Shown here: piece by piece, positions 54,732 to 62,192 of the stretch
Layout: the number at the start of each line of letters is the position of its first letter
Numbering within the stretch: position 1 is the stretch's first letter
Assembly (NCBI GenBank): GCA_022574295.1
Contig: JACZSJ010000003.1
Span: 1 to 62,192 of the forward strand
Direction: 5' to 3'
From: Pseudomonadota bacterium
GTDB taxonomy: Bacteria > Pseudomonadota > Gammaproteobacteria > Eutrophobiales > Eutrophobiaceae
Length of the DNA: 62,192 bases
Notes under the pieces: generated by a model
The model's database searches: none
Told to the model about the DNA's origin: nothing
Seen by the model: the letters and a program-made list of their open reading frames with translations, nothing else
Translations under genes and position numbers: made by a program

Positions 54732-56189
54732 CTACTGCTGATACAACCACTTCAAAATCTCATCCTGCACCTGTGTTCCAATCCCATTCTGGATACCAGG
54801 ATAATTTTGTAAAGCAACCACCACATAATGTTTACCACTGACACTATGCACATATCCAGCCATCGCCCTTACATCATTGAGCAATCCTGTTTTAATCCTT
54901 ATTTCACCCGCAGGGACAGCCCCATTTAAACGCTTACGCACAGTACCATCAATCCCGAGCATCGGTAACGATGCCATAAATTCCGGCTGATATGGGCTAT
55001 GATATGCGTGCTCTAATAGAGCCCCCATTGTTGCAGCTGAAACTCTTGATTTACGTGATAAGCCAGAGCCATTATCCATAACGAATTCTGACGCAGGTAT
55101 TCCAATAGAGATCAGCCATTTATGAATGGCTTGTCGTCCTAATATTTTACTACCTTTGCCTTCCTTGTTTTTATGATTTTGTTTTTCTTTACCTATGGTC
55201 AACAGCAATTGTCTCGCCATCACATTATTACTATATTTATTGATGTAGGTAATGATTTCAGTCAATGGTTTCGATGTCGCAACATAGAAAGGTTTTTCTC
55301 CATTGATTCTGGTTTTCCCGACCGTCCCAGTTATTGTGCCCCCCATGTTTTCCCATAATGATTTAAATACCCCATAAACATACTGATCATTTGGCATGAT
55401 AGTACGTAATAAATTCTGGTGACCACAGGAACGTGGGTAATCTCCGGTAAATGTAATCAATGTTTGATGTCCATGTGTTGTTACATCATGTTTGATGTGA
55501 CGATGCTTTCCTCGACATCTACCTTTGGTTAATTTCACTTTGTTGTTTATCTTCATTGTTGAGGCAGGAGGATCGGCATAAATATGCAAACCATCTTTTT
55601 GCGGAACAAAATTAAATTGATGCACGCGGAAATTGACCAAAGCTGCATCAGGAAAAACATTGTATGCTCGATATGGTTTATTATCGAAGTCCGCAGGAGA
55701 ACCAGTTTCATCTTCAAACTCACCATTATCAATTAATAAATCACCCTGAATATGCTTTAAGCCTTTTGCCCGTAAGGTAAACAAAATATGCCAAAAAGCT
55801 TCTCTGACCAGAAACGGATCACCCCCACCCTGCATGATTAAATTACCATCAAGCGTGCCGTCAGAAAGTGTTCCATCAAGATAAAAATTGGTTTGCCAGG
55901 TATATGTTGGGCCGAGGAGTTCAAGACCGGCAAATGTAGTGATTATTTTAATGGTAGATGCTGGATTGCGAGGAACATCAGCATTCAGTGTTATCAACGG
56001 CTGTCGCTTATCAATTTCCTTAATGTATAAACTCAGCGATTTTTCCGGGATTTTGTAGTTCTTTAATATTTTCTGAACTGCACTCGGCAATTTATCCATG
56101 GCAGCATTTTCTGCACTGCTTGCAGAATGACTTGCTGTCATTAATGTTATGGCAAATACACTGGATAATATTAAATGGGAAAGCTTCAT
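54732..56189 (-). CDS. dacB: D-Ala-D-Ala carboxypeptidase/endopeptidase PBP4
   Basis: PASTIK (SxxK), SNN, NGSGLSR and KTG motifs. Confidence 0.95.
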   Translation of the reverse strand: MKLSHLILSSVFAITLMTASHSASSAENAAMDKLPSAVQKILKNYKIPEKSLSLYIKEIDKRQPLITLNADVPRNPASTIKIITTFAGLELLGPTYTWQTNFYLDGTLSDGTLDGNLIMQGGGDPFLVREAFWHILFTLRAKGLKHIQGDLLIDNGEFEDETGSPADFDNKPYRAYNVFPDAALVNFRVHQFNFVPQKDGLHIYADPPASTMKINNKVKLTKGRCRGKHRHIKHDVTTHGHQTLITFTGDYPRSCGHQNLLRTIMPNDQYVYGVFKSLWENMGGTITGTVGKTRINGEKPFYVATSKPLTEIITYINKYSNNVMARQLLLTIGKEKQNHKNKEGKGSKILGRQAIHKWLISIGIPASEFVMDNGSGLSRKSRVSAATMGALLEHAYHSPYQPEFMASLPMLGIDGTVRKRLNGAVPAGEIRIKTGLLNDVRAMAGYVHSVSGKHYVVVALQNYPGIQNGIGTQVQDEILKWLYQQ

Positions 56190-56338
56190 GTTATTAGATT
56201 GTTACACATGAAAGGCATTAAAGCCCAGTGCAGAAAAATTATTTTGTAATAATTTATATTCATATATCACACCTGCACACACGCCGGATGGTAATTCAAT
56301 ATCTACTATCTGAATGGACTTACTCAAGTAAGAAGTGC

Positions 56339-56430
56339 TGTCATGCTGGGGTATCCCAGCATCCAGTGATAAAGTGTCCGCGAAGCGGACTCATTCAATT
56401 AACTGGATTCTGGCTTTCGCCAGAATGACG
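56339..56430. repeat. Inverted CGTC-type REP doublet (REPIN-like)
   Basis: gtcatgctggg-gtat-cccagcatccagt ... actggattctggc-tttc-gccagaatgacg, with a central gtccgcgaagcggac hairpin. Confidence 0.85.
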
Positions 56431-56507
56431 GTTGGGAACGTGCTTAACATTCCCCTCCCCCCGAAAACAAATCTTAAGAAAATGCTTTTTCTAGTACCAT
56501 ATAAATC

Positions 56508-56526
56508 AAAACCGGGCATTGCCCGG
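56508..56526 (-). terminator. Putative intrinsic terminator after rplQ
   Basis: CCGGGC-AAT-GCCCGG hairpin followed by TTTT on the minus strand. Confidence 0.6.
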
Positions 56527-56555
56527 CTTAGTTAAAGTTTAAAAGCAGATGTTAG

Positions 56556-56948
56556 CTATGCTTCTTCAACAACGGCATCAGAATCAGCAACAGGCCTGTC
56601 CATCAACTCTACGATTGCCATGGGAGCTTTATCTCCCGTTCTGTAACCACACTTCAAGATTCGCAAATAACCACCTGGACGTTCTCTATATCTTGGGCCC
56701 AACTCGTTAAACAGTTTGCTAACGATGTCTCTATCGCGAAGACGTGAGAAAGCCAGACGCCGTTTTGCTACCGAGTCAGTCTTTGCCATTGTGATCAGAG
56801 GCTCCGCGACTCTGCGCAATTCCTTCGCCTTGGGTAAGGTCGTCTTAATTATTTCATGTTTCATCAGTGACACCGCCATGTTTCTAAACATGGCTTTACG
56901 GTGTGAACTATTGCGATTTAACTGTCTTCCACTTTTACGATGTCGCAT
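56556..56948 (-). CDS. rplQ: 50S ribosomal protein L17
   Basis: [17 protein letters not shown] and RPGGYLRI motifs. Confidence 0.98.
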   Translation of the reverse strand: MRHRKSGRQLNRNSSHRKAMFRNMAVSLMKHEIIKTTLPKAKELRRVAEPLITMAKTDSVAKRRLAFSRLRDRDIVSKLFNELGPRYRERPGGYLRILKCGYRTGDKAPMAIVELMDRPVADSDAVVEEA

Positions 56949-57969
56949 TGTACATTCTCTCTAATGCCCCAACAGGAGCCGTTTCCTTTGACACGGTCAA
57001 ACCCTCTGGTGGCCAGTTTTCCAGGCGCATCCCCAATGAAAGACCTCGGGATGCCAGAACATCCTTGATCTCGGTGAGTGATTTCTTACCCAGATTAGGT
57101 GTTTTCAACAATTCAACTTCTGTCCGCTGTATTAAATCACCAATATAGTAAATGCTTTCTGCTTTCAAACAGTTTGCAGAGCGCACAGTCAATTCCAGAT
57201 CATCGACCGGGCGCAGCAATATTGGATCGATTTCCGGTTCTTTGACCGTACTGGCTTCAACTGCCTCTTCTGCTTCCAGATCAACAAATACAGCCAGTTG
57301 ACTGCGAAGGATCCCTGCCGCTTCACGCACCGCATCTTCAGGATCCATGGTGCCATTTGTATCAATCTCCAGTATCAGCTTATCCAGATTGGTACGTTGT
57401 TCTACACGCGCACTCTGCACATCATAAGCAACTCGACGAATTGGGCTAAATGAAGCATCCAGTTTCAATCGACCAATGGCCTGATCCTCGTCATCTCCTC
57501 CGACAACGACCGGTTTGTAACCCCGCCCTCTAACAACCTTGATCCTCATGCTTAACTCGCCTGCCTTGGTCAAATTTGCGATGACATGATCAGGATTTGC
57601 TATTTCAACATCATGATCCAGTGTGATATCACTGGCTCTGACAACACCTGCACCACTTTTTTTCAGTGTCAACATCGCTTCATCCTTGGCATGCATGGTA
57701 ATTGCTAAACCTTTAAGATTTAGAAGAATATCAGTCACATCTTCCTGGACACCCTCAATTGTGGTGTATTCATGCAGTACGTTATCAATTTCAACTTCAG
57801 TTACAGCACAACCAGGCATTGAAGAGAGTAATACACGACGAAGTGCATTACCTAATGTATGGCCAAAGCCTTTATCAAGCGGTTCGATTGTGATCTTCGC
57901 GCTGAATTCACTGACCGGTTCAACGTCAACCCGACGTGGTTTCAAAATTTCACTAAATGCTGTCGACAT
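56935..57969 (-). CDS. rpoA: RNA polymerase alpha subunit
   Basis: [21 protein letters not shown] and [11 protein letters not shown] motifs. Confidence 0.98.
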   Translation of the reverse strand: MSTAFSEILKPRRVDVEPVSEFSAKITIEPLDKGFGHTLGNALRRVLLSSMPGCAVTEVEIDNVLHEYTTIEGVQEDVTDILLNLKGLAITMHAKDEAMLTLKKSGAGVVRASDITLDHDVEIANPDHVIANLTKAGELSMRIKVVRGRGYKPVVVGGDDEDQAIGRLKLDASFSPIRRVAYDVQSARVEQRTNLDKLILEIDTNGTMDPEDAVREAAGILRSQLAVFVDLEAEEAVEASTVKEPEIDPILLRPVDDLELTVRSANCLKAESIYYIGDLIQRTEVELLKTPNLGKKSLTEIKDVLASRGLSLGMRLENWPPEGLTVSKETAPVGALERMYNATS

Positions 57970-58010
57970 AATATGTTCCTATCTTTTCACTTAACCTAAT
58001 TGGCATTTAA

Positions 58011-58631
58011 CTACTTGGAATAAAGCTCAACTACAAGCTGTTCATTTATATCCGGTGGTAATTCACTTCGATCCGGTACCGATTTAAAAATTCCTTCCAT
58101 CTTTTTGGTGTCTACATCCAACCAATCAGGAAAACCTATTTGTTCCGCAATCGTTAGAGAATCCTGAATTCGAACCTGCTTCTTACTCTTTTCACGAATG
58201 GAAATAACATCTGATGACTCCACCTGATATGAAGGGATATTAACGCTATTGCCATTGACCAATATTGATTTATGGCTAACCAACTGACGCGATTCATTTC
58301 GAGTCACGCCAAAACCCATTCTGTAAACAACATTATCAAGGCGACATTCCAGGATACTCAACAGATTTTCACCCGTAGAACCCCTGCGTCTTGCTGCTTC
58401 TTTATAGTAAGAACGGAATTGTTTTTCCAGAATGCCATAGATACGACGAAGTTTTTGTTTTTCTCTCAACTGTATCGCGTAATCTGACAGTCTTCTCTGA
58501 CGCGTCCCAGTGTCACCTGGAATTTTGTCTATCTTACATTTAGAATCAATGGGTCTGGCTCTGCTCTTCAGAAACAGATCAGTCCCTTCACGTCTGCTTA
58601 ATTTACATTTTGGACCTAGATAACGTGCCAT
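58011..58631 (-). CDS. rpsD: 30S ribosomal protein S4
   Basis: [16 protein letters not shown] start and VVELYSK end. Confidence 0.98.
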   Translation of the reverse strand: MARYLGPKCKLSRREGTDLFLKSRARPIDSKCKIDKIPGDTGTRQRRLSDYAIQLREKQKLRRIYGILEKQFRSYYKEAARRRGSTGENLLSILECRLDNVVYRMGFGVTRNESRQLVSHKSILVNGNSVNIPSYQVESSDVISIREKSKKQVRIQDSLTIAEQIGFPDWLDVDTKKMEGIFKSVPDRSELPPDINEQLVVELYSK

Positions 58632-58649
58632 ATTTTTACTCCATCCGCC

Positions 58650-59039
58650 TTATACACGACGTTTCTTTGGTGGACGACATCCATTATGCGGAACCGGCGT
58701 CACATCAGTAATATTGGTAATCTTCAAACCGACAGTATTCAATGCTCGCACTGCAGATTCTCTGCCAGGCCCTGGCCCCTTAATAAAAACTTCGAGGCTC
58801 TTCATGCCAAATTCCAGTGCCATTTCCCCTGCCTTTTGTGACGCAATCTGCGCTGCAAAGGGAGTGCTTTTACGTGAACCACGGAAGCCACTACCGCCTG
58901 CGGTAGCCCATGTGAGTGTGTTACCCTGACGATCAGTAATTGTGATGATTGTATTATTAAATGATGCGTGAATGTGAGCTACACCATCAACCACGGTTCT
59001 TTTAACTTTCTTTCGGCTCCTAGAGCTTGGTTTTGCCAT
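58650..59039 (-). CDS. rpsK: 30S ribosomal protein S11
   Basis: [10 protein letters not shown] and [13 protein letters not shown] motifs. Confidence 0.98.
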   Translation of the reverse strand: MAKPSSRSRKKVKRTVVDGVAHIHASFNNTIITITDRQGNTLTWATAGGSGFRGSRKSTPFAAQIASQKAGEMALEFGMKSLEVFIKGPGPGRESAVRALNTVGLKITNITDVTPVPHNGCRPPKKRRV

Positions 59040-59060
59040 ATATTTTTAACCTGTAACTAA

Positions 59061-59417
59061 CTATTTTTTAATAAGTTTACGTGGACCTTTACGTGTCCTT
59101 GCGTTCGTTTTCGTTCTTTGGCCCCTGACAGGGAGACCACGACGATGACGAATCCCGCGATAACAACCAAGATCCAACAATCGTTTAATATTCATTGAGA
59201 CATCGCGTCTCAGATCACCTTCCAGTTCATACTTGGTTATTTCTGAACGGATCTTGTCAAGCTCGGCTTCAGTCAGCTCTCTGACTTTGGTATCTGCCTT
59301 GAGCCCCGTTGCATCACATATATCGTGGGAACGTGTACGACCAATTCCATAGACATAGGTCAATGCAATGTTCAAATGCTTGTTATCGGGTATATTTACA
59401 CCAGCTATACGCGCCAT
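59061..59417 (-). CDS. rpsM: 30S ribosomal protein S13
   Basis: [10 protein letters not shown] and [14 protein letters not shown] motifs. Confidence 0.98.
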   Translation of the reverse strand: MARIAGVNIPDNKHLNIALTYVYGIGRTRSHDICDATGLKADTKVRELTEAELDKIRSEITKYELEGDLRRDVSMNIKRLLDLGCYRGIRHRRGLPVRGQRTKTNARTRKGPRKLIKK

Positions 59418-59474
59418 TTATTGTTTTCTCCAGTTACTCTCTTAACGCTAAAATTAATCATTAACCCCATCTCA

Positions 59475-59588
59475 TTAACCCTGGCGCTGCTTATGTCTAG
59501 GATCAGTACATATGACCCTGACGACACCTTTTCGGCGTACAATTTTGCAATTGCGACAGATTTTTTTAACGGATGCCCTTACTTTCAT
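59475..59588 (-). CDS. rpmJ: 50S ribosomal protein L36 (zinc-binding form)
   Basis: Manual translation gives [37 protein letters not shown]; too short for the ORF track. Confidence 0.97.
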   Translation of the reverse strand: MKVRASVKKICRNCKIVRRKGVVRVICTDPRHKQRQG

Positions 59589-59615
59589 CTTTGTTCTCCA
59601 ACCAAACTATTCCAG

Positions 59616-60959
59616 TTATCTCTTCCCGTGTCTCTTCAAATTCGCTTTCTTTAACAAGGAATCATATTGATGAGACATCAAATGAGCCTGTATCTGTGAC
59701 ATAAAGTCCATCACGACAACGACGATAATCAGCAGTGATGTCCCACCGAAATAGAAAGGAACATTATATTTCACAATCAAAAACTCGGGTAACAAACAAA
59801 CCGAAGTGATATAAACAGCACCTGCTAAGGTTAATTTAGTTAACACGTTATCCAGATATGCTGCTGTCTGTTCTCCTGGCCTCATCCCCGGTATAAAAGC
59901 ACCGGACTTCTTCAAATTGTCAGCCGTCTCTTTTGGATCGAATACAATCGCTGTATAAAAGAAACAGAAAAATATAATACCGGCCGCATACATCACAACA
60001 TAAATCGGTTGCCCTGGTGACATCACGGTCGAGATATCCTGTAGCCACCTCAGCCCTTCACTCTGACCAAACCAACCAGCGATGGTTGACGGAAAAAGGA
60101 TCAAACTGGAGGCAAATATCGGTGGAATCACACCAGCCATATTCAGTTTCAACGGCAAATGACTGGATTGACCAGCATATTGCTTGCGTCCAACCTGTTT
60201 CTTTGCATAGTTAATGGTAATTCTTCGTTGGCCTCTCTCAACAAAAACGACAAAACCTGTCACTACGATTGCCAATGCAAACAGGGAAAAAACAGCCAAT
60301 AAATGCAATTCGCCCGTCCTGGCCAGTTCCATAGTACCAACAACCGCTGAAGGCAATCCTGCGACAATGCCTGCAAAGATGATCATGGAAATACCATTAC
60401 CAACTCCGCGCTCAGTGATTTGTTCGCCCAGCCACATCAGAAACAAGGTTCCTGTGACAAGTGTAGCGATCGTTGTTATCTTGAATCCAATACCCGGATC
60501 CATGACCACGGCCAGACCAGCCGCTTGCTGACTTTCCAGCAAGGTCGCTACACCAAACGCCTGAAATGTTGCCAGGAAAACCGTTCCGTAACGTGTGTAT
60601 TGCGTAATCTTACGCCTGCCCTGTTCTCCCTCTTTTTTTAGCTGTTTTAATCTTGGCTCCATCACAGTCAGCAGCTGCATAATAATAGAGGAAGAGATAT
60701 ACGGCATGATGCCCAAAGCAATGACCGACAGTCTTTGTAGGGCGCCACCTGAAAACATATTGAACATGTCCAGTATGGTCCCACTCTGCTGGTCAAACAT
60801 TGCCGCCAGTGCATTCGGATTTATTCCTGGCACAGGAATAAATGAACACACTCTAAAAACAAACAAGGCCCCCAAAAGAAACAATAGCCGTCGACGCAAT
60901 TCTTTCAGTTTTCCTAACCCGGCCAAACCTCCGGGAATTGCTGGGTTAGATGTTGCCAT
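59616..60959 (-). CDS. secY: Preprotein translocase subunit SecY
   Basis: [13 protein letters not shown] and FGGTSLLI motifs. Confidence 0.98.
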   Translation of the reverse strand: MATSNPAIPGGLAGLGKLKELRRRLLFLLGALFVFRVCSFIPVPGINPNALAAMFDQQSGTILDMFNMFSGGALQRLSVIALGIMPYISSSIIMQLLTVMEPRLKQLKKEGEQGRRKITQYTRYGTVFLATFQAFGVATLLESQQAAGLAVVMDPGIGFKITTIATLVTGTLFLMWLGEQITERGVGNGISMIIFAGIVAGLPSAVVGTMELARTGELHLLAVFSLFALAIVVTGFVVFVERGQRRITINYAKKQVGRKQYAGQSSHLPLKLNMAGVIPPIFASSLILFPSTIAGWFGQSEGLRWLQDISTVMSPGQPIYVVMYAAGIIFFCFFYTAIVFDPKETADNLKKSGAFIPGMRPGEQTAAYLDNVLTKLTLAGAVYITSVCLLPEFLIVKYNVPFYFGGTSLLIIVVVVMDFMSQIQAHLMSHQYDSLLKKANLKRHGKR

Positions 60960-61397
60960 TTAGTCCTCTAGAATTTTTCCGCCAGCAGCTTCAATGGCCG
61001 CACGAGCGCCTTTTGTCACACCCAATCCTTTGACAGAGACTGCTTTCTCAATTTTTCCTGAAGCAATGACTTTCGCTCGCTTGATATTTTTTGAGACCAG
61101 ATTAGCCGCCAACAAAACATTCAGATCAATAACTTTAGCATCGACACTCGCAAGTTCTTGTAAACGTATCTCTGCTGTCGTGGCTGATAATCGGGAATTA
61201 AATCCTATTTTTGGAAGACGACGTTGCAGCGGCATCTGCCCACCTTCAAATCCTACCTTATGATAGCCACCTTTTCTTGACTTCTGGCCTTTATGACCAC
61301 GACCGCATGTCTTGCCAGAACCACAACCAATACCTCGGCCCACACGTTTTGCTGCGGGCTTGGACCCTGTCTGTGGTTTTAATGTATTCAGTCGCAT
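60960..61397 (-). CDS. rplO: 50S ribosomal protein L15
   Basis: [10 protein letters not shown] and [14 protein letters not shown] motifs. Confidence 0.97.
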   Translation of the reverse strand: MRLNTLKPQTGSKPAAKRVGRGIGCGSGKTCGRGHKGQKSRKGGYHKVGFEGGQMPLQRRLPKIGFNSRLSATTAEIRLQELASVDAKVIDLNVLLAANLVSKNIKRAKVIASGKIEKAVSVKGLGVTKGARAAIEAAGGKILED

Positions 61398-61398
61398 T

Positions 61399-61587
61399 TT
61401 ATGCTTCCTCAACAGCCAGTAAATAGCTTACTTTGTTTATCATGCCACGATTTTCCGGTGTATCCTGGACCGTAACGGTGTGCCCAATCCGGCGTAACCC
61501 CAGACCTTTCACACATGCCTTGTGGGCGACCAGACGCCTATTGGTACTACGCTTCAAGGTGACACTTATTTGTTTCTTTTTTGCCAT
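61399..61587 (-). CDS. rpmD: 50S ribosomal protein L30
   Basis: [11 protein letters not shown] and DTPENRGMI motifs. Confidence 0.96.
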   Translation of the reverse strand: MAKKKQISVTLKRSTNRRLVAHKACVKGLGLRRIGHTVTVQDTPENRGMINKVSYLLAVEEA

Positions 61588-61594
61588 GTCTAAT

Positions 61595-62101
61595 CTAATC
61601 CAGTATTTCTTCAACTGATTTTCCACGTTTAGCAGCGATTGCATCCGGTGATGCGATCGATCTCAACGCATTGACAGTCGCGTGCACGACGTTTATCGGG
61701 TTTGTCGAACCAATCGACTTTGCCAGCACATTATGTACCCCCGCAACTTCAAAGACTGCACGCATGGGACCACCAGCAATGATTCCGGTACCCTCTGAAG
61801 CAGGCTGCATATAGACCTTTGCCGCACCATGGGTCCCCGTAATTGCATAATGTAAAGTCCCCTCATTCAAAGCGACTGGAGCCATATTTTTACGCGCATT
61901 CTCCATCGCTTTCTGAATAGCAATCGGTACCTCTTTAGCCTTACCTCGGCCAAAACCAACCTTGCCATTGCCATCACCAACAACGGTAAGTGCCGTAAAA
62001 CCAAATTGTCTACCGCCTTTAACTACCTTGGCGACACGATTAACGTGAACCAGCTTTTCCAGCAGATCTTCGTTTCCTGTGATTGAATCAGTAACAGCCA
62101 T
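61595..62101 (-). CDS. rpsE: 30S ribosomal protein S5
   Basis: [11 protein letters not shown] and GTGIIAGG motifs. Confidence 0.98.
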   Translation of the reverse strand: MAVTDSITGNEDLLEKLVHVNRVAKVVKGGRQFGFTALTVVGDGNGKVGFGRGKAKEVPIAIQKAMENARKNMAPVALNEGTLHYAITGTHGAAKVYMQPASEGTGIIAGGPMRAVFEVAGVHNVLAKSIGSTNPINVVHATVNALRSIASPDAIAAKRGKSVEEILD

Positions 62102-62112
62102 TTATCAAACCT

Positions 62113-62192
62113 CTAGAATTGCAAACCCTGTTCACGTGCAGCATCAGCCAATGCCTTAACGCCTCCATGCAATTTAAACCCAGAACGGTCAA
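62113..62192 (-). CDS. rplR: 50S ribosomal protein L18, C-terminal fragment
   Basis: Manual translation gives DRSGFKLHGGVKALADAAREQGLQF*; lies upstream of rpsE. Confidence 0.92.
   Translation of the reverse strand, partial: DRSGFKLHGGVKALADAAREQGLQF

Noticed and set aside
56935-56990. RpoA C-terminal extension overlapping the rplQ start by 14 nt
   Set aside because: Alpha-subunit tails vary widely and short overlaps are common in this operon.
62113-62192. L18 motif reads LHGGV instead of the usual YHGRV
   Set aside because: Partial gene at the window edge; a lineage variant cannot be told from an error.

Overview
This 62-kb window is chromosomal DNA from a gammaproteobacterium of moderate GC. 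It is mostly core genes: lnt-corC-ybeY-phoH-miaB, a tungstate-type ABC pair, crp, zur-znuACB with a Zur box, aroG, rpsU-yqeY-dnaG-rpoD, tsaD, pepA-holC-valS-cysE, lptFG, pcnB-folK-dnk-panBCD, queA-tgt-yajC-secDF, pdxB, purN, dacB and the end of the spc/alpha ribosomal operons. It also has four tRNA genes (Met-CAT, Ile2-CAT, Glu-CTC, Leu-CAA), an mscS pseudogene and one intact IS1182-family element. The most unusual material is non-coding. (1) At 51.6-54.7 kb an orphan PD-(D/E)xK-like gene is enclosed by two inverted ~215-bp structured elements. These carry covarying hairpins and a covarying intrastrand-triplex motif, and they sit inside a CGTC-type REP pair, one of which the IS has split in its loop. 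(2) A family of small hairpin modules with NTCC(A/C)TG or TTCC(C/A)G loops recurs, with compensatory changes, inside MITEs and inside duplicated tRNA fragments. (3) A 1.6-kb islet with no integrase lies at tRNA-Met. No CRISPR array, rRNA or prophage was seen. All calls come from reading the sequence by eye; no searches were run.
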